A DNA stretch of 63,741 nt, the filler included, from Ferroacidibacillus organovorans (GTDB taxonomy: Bacteria; Bacillota; Bacilli; Alicyclobacillales; SLC66), in assembly GCF_001642725.1 (NCBI RefSeq). It is 4 parts of 4 records of this genome, joined end to end, with 100 filler letters (N's around TTAATTAATTAA, not from the genome) between each part and the next. Parts side by side here need not be neighbours in the genome. Positions count along the whole stretch, not along the records: positions 49,166 to 63,741 come from NZ_LSUQ01000063.1; 3 more parts are not named here. One strand, 5' to 3'. A program made the translations under genes and the position numbers. Every line of letters starts with the position of its first letter. Position 1 is the stretch's first letter. Below, piece by piece: positions 51,312 to 61,119 of the stretch. The notes beneath the pieces are model-generated. The model saw only the letters and a program-made list of their open reading frames with translations. It searched no databases and was not told where the DNA came from.

Positions 51312-52154
51312 ATGGTCAGCCAATCCGTACTTGCACAGACATTTGCTCAGTTACATCACCAATCTGCTCCGCTTGTTCTCCCCAATGCCTGGGACGCGAT
51401 CTCCGCGCGAATCTTTGAGGACATAGGGTTTCAGGCAGTCGCAACTACGAGTGCAGGGATTGCGGCGAGTCTCGGTTACCCCGACGGAGAGCGTGTGCCC
51501 TTTAACGAGGTCGTTGTAGCGATTGATAGAATCGTGCGGAGTGTTCGGATTCCCGTTAGTGTCGACATCGAAGCGGGATACGGTAGGTCGCCAGCAGACG
51601 TTTGCGAAACCGTCAAGCAAGTTCTCGCGGTTGGGGCGGTTGGAATCAACATAGAGGATATCGAAGATGGTTCATTGCGGCATATAGATCGGCAGGCTGA
51701 TCTGATTGAATGTATTAAAAAAACAGCGGATTTGTCGGGAATTCCGCTATTCATCAATGCGAGAACAGATTCTCTGTATAAGGGGGGGAATGATGTAGAA
51801 CAACGTTTCGACGACACATTCAAACGTGCTCGTGCGTATCAACAAGCGGGTGCAGACGGTATCTTCGTATTTGGTTTCCATGACAAACAGGTCATACGTA
51901 AACTTATATCCGGTATTACTTGTCCACTGAATGTTTTGCTTGGACCGGAATCTCCACCCGTTCATGATCTACAGTCTTTGGGTGTGGCGCGAGTTAGTAT
52001 GGGACCAGGCGCCTTTCGAGCGGCCATGGGCATCGTGCAGCGGGTCGGCCGTGAATTTCTATCTATGGGCACCTGCCAACACGTTGGACAGTTTGGCCTA
52101 TCTTTTATGGATATTCAGCGTCTACTGCAGGATGGAAGAAGGGAAAGAGCATGA
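51312..52154 (+). CDS. isocitrate lyase / PEP mutase family protein
   Basis: PNAWDAISA, VDIEAGYG, GINIED, INARTD. Confidence 0.9.
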   Translation: MVSQSVLAQTFAQLHHQSAPLVLPNAWDAISARIFEDIGFQAVATTSAGIAASLGYPDGERVPFNEVVVAIDRIVRSVRIPVSVDIEAGYGRSPADVCETVKQVLAVGAVGINIEDIEDGSLRHIDRQADLIECIKKTADLSGIPLFINARTDSLYKGGNDVEQRFDDTFKRARAYQQAGADGIFVFGFHDKQVIRKLISGITCPLNVLLGPESPPVHDLQSLGVARVSMGPGAFRAAMGIVQRVGREFLSMGTCQHVGQFGLSFMDIQRLLQDGRRERA

Positions 52155-53017
52155 AGATTGTTGTCGCGGGATCTAGTGGCGTCGTGGGAAAATTACTACT
52201 TCCAAGATTAATGAGAGCCGGGCACGAGGTGATCGGATTGACTCGAAGTCGAGAAAACGCCGAGATCATCCGGTTAACCGGGGCACGAACCGTAATTGTT
52301 GATGTTCTGGATCGTGAGAGAACAATATCTGCAATTGGCGAAGTACGTCCAGATGCGATCATTCATCAATTGACCGCCCTTGGCCAGCGGGATTTCGCTG
52401 AAAATACTAGAATTCGCATTCAGGGAACCTGTAACCTTGTTCAAGCAGCTCTCGCGTCCGGCGTGAGTCGAATGATAGCACAGAGTATAGCGTGGGCTTA
52501 TGAGCCTAGAGAGGGCCCAGCTACCGAAGAGGTGCCTCTCGATATCGACGCCCCAATGCCCAGAAAGCGGACAATTGACGGAATTGTCGCTTTGGAACGG
52601 GCCGTAGCAAAGGTACCAAATCACGTCATCCTTCGATACGGTATTTTCTACGGTAAAGGAACTTGGTATGACTGCAATGGATTCATGGCGGAAGAGATCA
52701 GGCAAAAGCGCATCCCGGCGACAGAAGGGGTAACTTCCTTCCTACATGTCGAGGATGCCGCGAATGCCGCCGTTCTCGCTTTAAATTGGCCGTCAGGACC
52801 CGTGAATATTGTGGATGACAAACCAGCAAAAGGAACTGAATGGCTTCCTCTTTACGCCAACGCAATTGGAGCCCCTTTGCCTAACTTTGAATCCTGTTCA
52901 CAAGATTGGGAACGTGGCGCATCCAATCTCAAGGCTCGAAGCAGCTACGGATGGACACCACTGTATCCAACTTGGAAAGCGGGTCTTACTTTGGGGTTAC
53001 GGCATCGGATGGATTAA
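52151..53017 (+). CDS. NAD-dependent epimerase/dehydratase
   Basis: AGSSGVVG, HQLT, LRYGIFYG. Confidence 0.88.
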   Translation: MKIVVAGSSGVVGKLLLPRLMRAGHEVIGLTRSRENAEIIRLTGARTVIVDVLDRERTISAIGEVRPDAIIHQLTALGQRDFAENTRIRIQGTCNLVQAALASGVSRMIAQSIAWAYEPREGPATEEVPLDIDAPMPRKRTIDGIVALERAVAKVPNHVILRYGIFYGKGTWYDCNGFMAEEIRQKRIPATEGVTSFLHVEDAANAAVLALNWPSGPVNIVDDKPAKGTEWLPLYANAIGAPLPNFESCSQDWERGASNLKARSSYGWTPLYPTWKAGLTLGLRHRMD

Positions 53018-53557
53018 GCAAATGACACAATGATGTACGCAGTTCATGAGAACATGACCAGCTTCCCGAGCATGACTTGCATTCGGTGGATTGCATTCGG
53101 ATCCTCTAATTCACTGTATTAATTCCGTCAGAAGGTCAGAAATATGGCACCAAGAGCAAATCGAATGATTCGTAGTGCGAATAACTGTGGGGGGTAAAGG
53201 CTCGTCTCTCTTATTCTTACTACGAACATGGCCTTTAACGACAGGGGAGCCTTTATACCAACCTGCATATGTGTTAAAACTTGATCTATTTGAACACCGT
53301 GCTTTTATGATTTACAAATTATGAATATCGGGTCTTATCCTTCAGGGATTTTAAGGTTCACAATTCATCCGCGGTGCTATACTTTTGTTACCGCTCTGTC
53401 TCATCATTCTACCAGACAGTCGGCAGGGTTTATAGGTTGACCATCAGCATCTCCTATCGCTGAAATCATATCGAGAGGCTGAATAGAGAAAATCGGTCAA
53501 CCGACGCCAGTTTTATGAAAAATTACATTCAACAAGCCCGGGGTGGGTGATGCAAGG

Positions 53558-53917
53558 ATGGATCCGGTCATGATTCATCAGGCAGTAGATGCGCTCGTCA
53601 GCCGATATCGGACGAGCAACCCGTTTGTCTTGAGCCGATATCTCCAAATCGTACTTATGCCGAGAAAGACGCCAAACGGCCTGTGGGGCATCTATGTCTG
53701 GCACGATGCTCACGCATATGTTGGATACGACGAAGACTCCCCTCTGCCCAAACAGCATGAATTTGTGGCTCATGGCATCGGGCACTACGTACTTCATCGG
53801 GATTCAAAACCGCTAATCCTGGAATGGCGGGCACCACAAGACTGTCCGCTTGAACGGGACGCGCAGATGTTTGCAGAACGGCTTGTCATGGGAGCAACCA
53901 TTCCCACACTCCACTGA
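53558..53917 (+). CDS. ImmA/IrrE family metallopeptidase-like protein
   Basis: RYRTSNPF..AHGIGHYVLH..ERDAQMFAERL. Confidence 0.75.
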   Translation: MDPVMIHQAVDALVSRYRTSNPFVLSRYLQIVLMPRKTPNGLWGIYVWHDAHAYVGYDEDSPLPKQHEFVAHGIGHYVLHRDSKPLILEWRAPQDCPLERDAQMFAERLVMGATIPTLH

Positions 53918-53956
53918 ATACCCAGTCGTTTTGAGTTGCCCCAGCCTATCGATTTC

Positions 53957-54247
53957 TCACGGTTCATCCTGGCCCGCTTCGTCCGCCCCATCCTGCTCCA
54001 CATGGACACCTTGCATCAAGAGCATTGCAACAAAATTCGCAAATCGCCGAAGTTCCTTTCCGCCCTCCTCCACCGTCTGCGATTCCCAGAGAAACAAGAG
54101 ATTCCACTTTTCAGTTGGCAGCAGTTGCTTCAGTTCCTCCGTCCATTCCTTTTTCACTTCATCCAAGGCATTTCGTGGCCGCAAATCATCCTCATAAAAA
54201 TCGTCAATGAGCTTCTCCGCCAGCAGTGTTCTCGCCAGTTCACACAC
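53957..54247 (-). CDS. element-associated hypothetical protein
   Basis: Homolog of 30482-30760; GGAGG RBS. Confidence 0.7.
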   Translation of the reverse strand: MCELARTLLAEKLIDDFYEDDLRPRNALDEVKKEWTEELKQLLPTEKWNLLFLWESQTVEEGGKELRRFANFVAMLLMQGVHVEQDGADEAGQDEP

Positions 54248-54508
54248 GTGATTTCCCTCCAGTGTCCACTTGTCTGTCCGAGATTACCTCTGCTTCGCCC
54301 ATGTCATCAAGTCAAATTTTGCACTCATTCGGATTCCAATTGAATGCCTCCAAAAATAGCGAGCCACTCATGGCACCCGGCTGGCGCACCTTCTGCACCA
54401 AAGACCCCTATCCGGCGAGGTACGATGGCAATGTGGAAATAAGAAGGTTCCACACGAAGGCAGCGACCGATGTCGCTGCCTTTTGCTGTCACTCAGGAGG
54501 TGCGTCCC

Positions 54509-55309
54509 ATGGTCCCAAGTCCCATCAAGTGGCAGGGCGGCAAGGCACGACTGCGCCGCATCATCCTGCCCCGTATTCCGGAACACATCTGTTATGTGGA
54601 GCCGTTTTTCGGGGCTGGATGGGTGTTCTTCGCAAAGCCCAAATCAAAAGTGGAGGTGATTGCCGACGTCAATACCGAACTGATGAACTTCTTTTCCGTG
54701 GTGAAATCGGACGTCGAGGGTTTCTTGCAACAGTTTGACTGGACGCTCTATTCGCGGGAGGAGTTCGTACACATCATGGAGCGTCGAGGACTCGAGCGCG
54801 ATCCGCTCACCCGCGCCTATGATTTCTTTTACCGCATTCAAAGTCACTTCGGTGGAAAGTACAACAACGCCATCGACTGGGGATATGGTCGAGGAAAGCC
54901 TGCATTCGATTTTGGTGGCATTCGACCCCGCATGGAACTGGCTCATGAACGCCTGCGCGGGGTCTACATCGAAAACCGACCTTTTCACGACGTAATTCCG
55001 CGCTTCGATGGACCCGACACGTTTTTCTATTGTGATCCCCCCTACTTCGATCTTACAGGCTACCACCAGCACCCGTTTGCCAAGGAAGATCACCTACGCC
55101 TACGAGACACACTGGCGAGCGTTCAGGGAAAGTGGCTGCTCAGCATCAATGACCACCCGGAGGTGCGTCACTGGTACGCTGACTTCCCGATGGACTCAGT
55201 TGACGTTCTCTACTCCATCAGCCGTCAAAAGGGCGGGCGCAAATCCGGGGAACTGCTCATCTCAAACTATGCCCTGCCGACAAACCACGAAGAAGGCGTG
55301 GCCCCATGA
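54509..55309 (+). CDS. D12-class (Dam-like) DNA adenine methyltransferase, orphan
   Basis: WQGGK, YVEPFFGAG, YCDPPY. Confidence 0.9.
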   Translation: MVPSPIKWQGGKARLRRIILPRIPEHICYVEPFFGAGWVFFAKPKSKVEVIADVNTELMNFFSVVKSDVEGFLQQFDWTLYSREEFVHIMERRGLERDPLTRAYDFFYRIQSHFGGKYNNAIDWGYGRGKPAFDFGGIRPRMELAHERLRGVYIENRPFHDVIPRFDGPDTFFYCDPPYFDLTGYHQHPFAKEDHLRLRDTLASVQGKWLLSINDHPEVRHWYADFPMDSVDVLYSISRQKGGRKSGELLISNYALPTNHEEGVAP

Positions 55310-57603
55310 ACCCATCCATTAAGAAAGAGAAGCGTGATCCTGCCGAGAGATTCACCTATTACCACCTGGCGTTACCGACGGACAACACGACGACCCCGAA
55401 GCAGGCGCACACCTTGATTCAGTCCCTCGCAGAAATCGGATGGCAGAAAGGCAAGCTTGGCTGGCAACGTCCTCTTCCCTTTCGGTTCCTGCTGCTGAAA
55501 GAGGCGGGGCAATCGACGGTTCGGCTTCTGTTTGGCATCCCGGCGTCTCGCGACGACTCGTTTCGCTCGGCGTTTCGTGTCTCTTATCCACACGTGCACC
55601 TGATTTCCGAACCAAGCCCTTTTCCGACATCGCCTGCAGTAGACCGACGTGCCCTCGCCATCGCCTTTCGCAAGGGCGGACAGGGCCTGGAAACCTGGTT
55701 GCCCCTAGCCTCGTTTCGAATTGGCGGCCACGGCGACCCGCTCGACGGGATTCTAGTCGCCATGGGGCAGGACACCGCGAGCCAATGGGTGCTCGAAGTC
55801 TGGATGACGCCGATGCGCGACAGACGATTTCAGCGGGTCATCGCCGCCAAGAGCCGACCGCCCGGACAAAAGGGCGGCTCTGGGTTCTCGCTTTCCGAGG
55901 TGCTCTCAGAAGTGTTTGGCACGTCTCCCCGTCCCAAGCAACCAGTGCATCCTGCGCCCGATCCGTACGTCAACATCCGTCCCCTTGTGCAATCCCGCAT
56001 CAAGGCTACCGAGCGCCCCTTTCAGGTGTCCGTTCGTCTTCTTGCCACCGGATCCACCAGTGCTCGGGGTCATCTGCACGCGATGCTCAGCGCCATGGCG
56101 CAACTGCGAAGCGAGGGTCGACTGGTGCCGAGTCGAATCGGCAAACGACGCCTGGCCAGGGCGATGCAACGTGGTACCGCGACGCGGCCGATGTGTTGGA
56201 CTTCCGGAGAACTGGCGTCGCTTGTCCACCTGCCAGATCATGAACACCCTGGATTTGCGCACGTCGTCACGACGCAGGGGATTGTCCTGCCGCCACCTCC
56301 CGCTCTGACCAAGGGACTGCGGCTTGGCTGGTCCAACTTCCCCGGCGCAGAGGGCCGCGAGATTCACATTTCGCTTGGACAGGCGGCCAAGCACACGTTT
56401 CTCGCCGGGGCCACGGGCTCTGGCAAGACAACGACGCTGCTGCACATCATGCTCGGCATGGTCGAGGAGATGAAAGTCCATCCGGACACGGCGCCTGGCT
56501 TCACGTTCTTCGATCCGCATGGCGGCGCAATCGAACGACTCTTGTCCCACATCCCACCTTCTCTGCACGACAAGGTGCATCTGATTCCCCTCGGACCCAC
56601 GCCGTTCCCACGTGGACTCAACCTATTTCGCATGGAGCACAAGTCGGACGCGGAGGCCATCACAGGAGAGTTTGTCACCACCCTGCAGGAACTCTGGCCG
56701 GGATCGCGGCCACGCTCGGAGCATTATCTTCGCAACAACGTGCTCTCCTTGCTGAGCGCCCCGCCCCAAACGGTGCTTGGCATCGCGCACCTGTTCTCGG
56801 ATGATCGCTTTCGCGACCGGATCGTACCGAACCTTGCGCCCCACCTGCAGCAATTCTGGACCGGGGAATTTGCAGAAATCCGCAATATCGCGGATCACCT
56901 GGGCCCCCTTTGGAACAAGCTTGGCGCGCTCACGACCTACCCATCGCTGCGTCGGATTCTCGGCCAGACCAAAAGCGCCGTCGACACGCGCACCATTATG
57001 GATGACGGGCACATTGTGCTCATCGACGGGTCGGGCTGCACCACGGACGCCGTGAAAATCATCGCCGGTCTCTACCTCATCGACCTGCACTTCACCTGCA
57101 AGCGACGCCCCGAGCACCGGTCTCGACTGCACATCTTCTTTGGCGATGAGAGCCACCTCTATGCGGTCAACGTGCTGCAAAAAATCCTCGCCGAAGACCG
57201 CAAATTCGGCCTGTCGCTGTTCTTGGCCACGCAGTACTTGGACCAACTTCCCGACCCCATCCTAGCGGGCATTCTCGGCAACGTCGGCACGCTCATTTTG
57301 CTGCAGCTGGGGGGCCCGGATGCGGATCGGTTGACCCGGTGGCTGAAACCGGACGTGTCGTCGCGCGACCTGATGGCGCTCCCGGAGATGAACGCGCTCG
57401 TGCGTACGAAGCAGGACGGCGGTGCGACGGAACTGTTCTCCATGCAAAGTCCGCTCATGCCATCAGGCAATGCGGCATGGGCAGAGCAGGCAAAGGCACA
57501 TTCGGATGAGGCAGATGGCCGTCCCGCCGAACAGGTCGACGACGACATTCTGGCCATGTATCCCCCCGCAAAAGTCCGGGGAACCAACACATTCCAGACC
57601 TAA
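55306..57603 (+). CDS. VirD4/TraD-like type IV coupling ATPase
   Basis: GATGSGKT, FDPHGG, GDESH, EDRKFGL, ATQYLDQ, GNVGT. Confidence 0.85.
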   Translation: MNPSIKKEKRDPAERFTYYHLALPTDNTTTPKQAHTLIQSLAEIGWQKGKLGWQRPLPFRFLLLKEAGQSTVRLLFGIPASRDDSFRSAFRVSYPHVHLISEPSPFPTSPAVDRRALAIAFRKGGQGLETWLPLASFRIGGHGDPLDGILVAMGQDTASQWVLEVWMTPMRDRRFQRVIAAKSRPPGQKGGSGFSLSEVLSEVFGTSPRPKQPVHPAPDPYVNIRPLVQSRIKATERPFQVSVRLLATGSTSARGHLHAMLSAMAQLRSEGRLVPSRIGKRRLARAMQRGTATRPMCWTSGELASLVHLPDHEHPGFAHVVTTQGIVLPPPPALTKGLRLGWSNFPGAEGREIHISLGQAAKHTFLAGATGSGKTTTLLHIMLGMVEEMKVHPDTAPGFTFFDPHGGAIERLLSHIPPSLHDKVHLIPLGPTPFPRGLNLFRMEHKSDAEAITGEFVTTLQELWPGSRPRSEHYLRNNVLSLLSAPPQTVLGIAHLFSDDRFRDRIVPNLAPHLQQFWTGEFAEIRNIADHLGPLWNKLGALTTYPSLRRILGQTKSAVDTRTIMDDGHIVLIDGSGCTTDAVKIIAGLYLIDLHFTCKRRPEHRSRLHIFFGDESHLYAVNVLQKILAEDRKFGLSLFLATQYLDQLPDPILAGILGNVGTLILLQLGGPDADRLTRWLKPDVSSRDLMALPEMNALVRTKQDGGATELFSMQSPLMPSGNAAWAEQAKAHSDEADGRPAEQVDDDILAMYPPAKVRGTNTFQT

Positions 57604-57726
57604 AACGTCCCCTCCGCCCCTTTTGGCCCACAGAGGGTTACGCACAAGGTTGTGCATAGCCTTTGGCACAGTCTTACGCATCGTGATGGACTCGCCTAAG
57701 TCCCCACATCCCGCGCGGGGCGCGCC

Positions 57727-58698
57727 GTGACAGCCGTCCGACTTCGGGACATTTGTCCACATCCGCCGCCCCCGGAAAGGAGGAAGCCCATGTTTGTGCC
57801 TCGCCACATTGAACGCGAGATACTGCTCGCCCTCTACCGCTACAGCCTGCTGACGACGGAACAACTCAGTGTTCTGCTGCACTACGAGCAACCCACCCTC
57901 TATGCCGCCTTTCGCACCTTGAGGCAAAAGGGGTGGACCGAGTCCCTGTCGCTCGATTTCCTGCCCCGCAACGTCAAAGGATGGGTGCTCACGAAAGGGG
58001 GGATGGAGGTCGCCTTTGGGCTGACCAAGGAGTACCGCACCCGCCTTCTAAGGGAGTCCAGCCTTTTCGCGGGACAGACAGAACATCTGTACGGAAGCAA
58101 TCAATTCTTCATCGACCTAATCCGAACCAGCCGCGCCTTGGAGGCAACTGAGGGGCTCATCGACTGGATTGGCATGCGCGACGCCGGTGAGCGTTACAGT
58201 GTCACGGACCGAAACGGCAAACGCTCCACCCCGTTGCGCCCGGATGGCATCGGCACCTATCGATTTCGAGATGAGAGTGAGGTCATTTTCCATGTGGAAT
58301 ATGACACTGGCAGCGAACATTTGTGGGTGCTGCACAACAAGCTTTGGCAATACGCGGATGTCTTGAAATCCTTCTGGGCGGACATCTCGTTTGCCAACGT
58401 CCTCTTCATCACCCGCGATGCGCGTCGCTCCGAGCGCATTCGGACGCTCTGGCGCGAAATGTGCAAAGACGCCTTTCGACGGCAGCCCATTCCTGCCGTG
58501 TGGACGGCTACGGAGTCCTCACTCGCCTCGGGACATCTGTTCGATTCGGTTTGGCAAGGCGTCGAAGGCGAACCCGTTTCCTTCCTCTACTTTCCACGTT
58601 TTGAGGGGGGACACGCAGACCGAAGCATCCCGTTTGGGAAACAGATTCGCATCCAACCGACGTTTGCAAAGACACATCGTGAAGGGGAGGACACATGA
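57727..58698 (+). CDS. replication-relaxation (Replic_Relax) family protein, candidate relaxase
   Basis: N-terminal winged helix (LTTEQL); RPDG and VEYDTGSE..K PD-(D/E)XK-like motifs; adjacent to the coupling protein. Confidence 0.8.
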   Translation: MTAVRLRDICPHPPPPERRKPMFVPRHIEREILLALYRYSLLTTEQLSVLLHYEQPTLYAAFRTLRQKGWTESLSLDFLPRNVKGWVLTKGGMEVAFGLTKEYRTRLLRESSLFAGQTEHLYGSNQFFIDLIRTSRALEATEGLIDWIGMRDAGERYSVTDRNGKRSTPLRPDGIGTYRFRDESEVIFHVEYDTGSEHLWVLHNKLWQYADVLKSFWADISFANVLFITRDARRSERIRTLWREMCKDAFRRQPIPAVWTATESSLASGHLFDSVWQGVEGEPVSFLYFPRFEGGHADRSIPFGKQIRIQPTFAKTHREGEDT

Positions 58699-59510
58699 AC
58701 CGACAACGCCCCGTTCAGGTGCTGCTCTGGGTGATGCTGTCCCTGTCCACACTCGGTTTTATCGATCGCGTCACGCAGCCGACGGCGAAAAACGTTCCGA
58801 CATCAGGCATGTCAGAATCGGCGGTATTTCAGGATGAAGAAGTCTCTGCGTTTGCGACCGCATTCGCGAGGCAGTGGCTGACGTGGAACAAACAGGAGAC
58901 ATCAAAGGACTGGCAACGCCGGATGCAGCCATTTGTAACGCCCTCTCTGCTCCAGTCCGGCCAGCCCGTCTCCATAGGACCTAAACAAAAAGGTCAGCAG
59001 GTAGACGATGTCTTCCCAACGCATGTGCAGCGAGTTGGTCCCTCCGCCTATCTCGTCAACGTGGACGCACAAACCAGCCTGCACGCCCTTGTCGCGCTGA
59101 CTGTGTCCGTGGAGTTGGATGCGCAACCTGTTGCCACGGCGTGGCCCATCCTGCACCCTGCTGCTCTGGGAAGTTCCCCCTCGACACCATCCGTCGGCCC
59201 TACCGCTCCTAATTCGATGACGGCCACGTTGAACCCCGTGGTGACGTCTTTCTTGCAGACGTACTTCTCGGGGCAATCCCCGACTGACCTTGCCCAGTTT
59301 GTGGCGCAGGGCAGCACAATCCAGCCTTTGCAGGGGCTCTTGAAATGGAAGGATCTTGTGAATCTGCAGGTATACGGTGCTGGTCCTTACACCGTCATTG
59401 CGACGGCAGAGGGGATTGACACATCCGACGGGGTGAGCATCGCGCAGACCTATGCCCTGAAGATGATTCAGAACGGCGGGAAGTGGTTTGTTTCCTCACT
59501 CGAACCCTGA
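58695..59510 (+). CDS. TcpC/ConB-like conjugal transfer protein
   Basis: Single N-terminal TM; AFATAFARQWLTW, SFLQTYF, GGKWFVSSL. Confidence 0.75.
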   Translation: MNRQRPVQVLLWVMLSLSTLGFIDRVTQPTAKNVPTSGMSESAVFQDEEVSAFATAFARQWLTWNKQETSKDWQRRMQPFVTPSLLQSGQPVSIGPKQKGQQVDDVFPTHVQRVGPSAYLVNVDAQTSLHALVALTVSVELDAQPVATAWPILHPAALGSSPSTPSVGPTAPNSMTATLNPVVTSFLQTYFSGQSPTDLAQFVAQGSTIQPLQGLLKWKDLVNLQVYGAGPYTVIATAEGIDTSDGVSIAQTYALKMIQNGGKWFVSSLEP

Positions 59511-59563
59511 CCGAGATTTTACGATGAACGAACGATACGTCTTGACAACTGGAGGCGATTCCC

Positions 59564-60778
59564 TTGCCCCTACAATTTCTCGATCTATTCGCTGGTATCG
59601 GCGGCATGCGCCGTGGACTGGAGGACGCTGGGATGCAGTGCGTCGGTTCCGTGGAACGGGACAAGTTCGCGCGTCTATCCTATCAAGCGATTTTTCAAAC
59701 GAAAGGAGAGTGGTCAGCCGATGACATCCAAACCGTTGAACCAGACGGCATGCCAAAGGCCGACATCTGGACGTTTGGGTTCCCCTGCCAAGACCTGTCT
59801 ATTGCCGGAAAGCGCCGGGGATTTGGTGGGGAACGAAGCAGCCTGTTCTTCAGAGTGCTCGACCTCGTCTCGGCGCGTGCCGAAACTCATCGACCCGAAT
59901 GGTTGGTCGCTGAAAATGTTGTCGGATTTCTTTCCAGCAACCTTGGATACGACTTCCTTGCCGCCCAAGTTGCGCTGGCCGAAATCGGGTACGACTGTGA
60001 ATGGGACGTGTTTAACGCGACCTCGTTCGGTATCCCCCAACACCGGGATCGAGTGTTTCTTGTCGGCCATGCTCGAAATCGAGGTCGACGAACGGTATTT
60101 CCTCTCTTCCTCGACGCAGCAAATTCTCCTGGCGCAACTGCAAACAGAGCGGCGTCGAAAGACCCCTACACAATCGAACCTGAAAACCCTTTGACGACAA
60201 GTGCCAATCCCCTTACCGACGACGTGATTCTGTCGGCCGTCGCCTCTCCAGGGTTTTTGCGAAAACAGCAACGACGGCGATTCAAGGAGCCACACGAGCC
60301 GATGTACACGCTGACTGCCATGCAGCCGCACGGGGTTCTGGTCACCCGAAAAGGACGCGGAGCAGATGCCCTCTGGGTGCCACGCGACGTCGCCACCTGT
60401 CTGGATGCTAGTTACCACAAGGGACTGGACGCCCATCAAATGCGCACTGGCGTCATGGTGAGACCGATCGCGCGCTTGCCGAGTGATTCGGGGCAAACCG
60501 GGCGGATTTTTGATCCGAGTGGATTAGCTCCGACGCTCCTGAACCATCACGGCGGGGCCGTCGCCAAAATCCTGCTGGATGCTCGAATCCGCCGACTCAC
60601 TCCGAAGGAGTGCTGGTGGCTGATGGGGCGGACAGACGCAGAGTTTGATTGCGCCAAGGCTGCGGGTGTATCCGATACACAACTTTACAAGCAGGCGGGC
60701 AACTCGGTTATTCCCCATATTGTAACCGCCATCGGTCGACGCATTGCCGCACAGACCCCAGAACACACACTCAAGTAG
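59564..60778 (+). CDS. DNA (cytosine-5) methyltransferase, orphan
   Basis: DLFAGIGG, GFPCQ, ENV, PQHRDR, RRLTPKE, QAGNSV. Confidence 0.93.
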   Translation: MPLQFLDLFAGIGGMRRGLEDAGMQCVGSVERDKFARLSYQAIFQTKGEWSADDIQTVEPDGMPKADIWTFGFPCQDLSIAGKRRGFGGERSSLFFRVLDLVSARAETHRPEWLVAENVVGFLSSNLGYDFLAAQVALAEIGYDCEWDVFNATSFGIPQHRDRVFLVGHARNRGRRTVFPLFLDAANSPGATANRAASKDPYTIEPENPLTTSANPLTDDVILSAVASPGFLRKQQRRRFKEPHEPMYTLTAMQPHGVLVTRKGRGADALWVPRDVATCLDASYHKGLDAHQMRTGVMVRPIARLPSDSGQTGRIFDPSGLAPTLLNHHGGAVAKILLDARIRRLTPKECWWLMGRTDAEFDCAKAAGVSDTQLYKQAGNSVIPHIVTAIGRRIAAQTPEHTLK

Positions 60779-60848
60779 CGTTTTACATCGGGTCTGTTTG
60801 CAGGAATACCATCGCCAACCCGGGCATGGGCATTGCTTTAATTAGGAG

Positions 60849-61088
60849 GTGAGCAAAGTGGATTTCATCAGCACGGGGATCACCTGGGCGGAGCACGTTT
60901 TGCAGGCTGTGTTCCTTTGTGTGGCCGTCTATCGCGGCGTCAAACTGTACGCACACGGCGAGCAGAACCGGCTTTGGGGACACATCATCCTTTCCTGCAT
61001 CCTCGCCATATTCGTGTTCTTCCCGCAGATCGCCCAGTTTCTCGCCACGTACCTGCTGCAAAAGCTCGGCATCAACCTCAGTGCCTGA
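60849..61088 (+). CDS. small two-TM conjugation protein (TcpD/pilin-like)
   Basis: Two hydrophobic helices; position between the TcpC-like and TcpE-like genes. Confidence 0.55.
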   Translation: MSKVDFISTGITWAEHVLQAVFLCVAVYRGVKLYAHGEQNRLWGHIILSCILAIFVFFPQIAQFLATYLLQKLGINLSA

Positions 61089-61119
61089 CCCGGTGGCCGA
61101 CAAAGGAGTGTGATACAAC

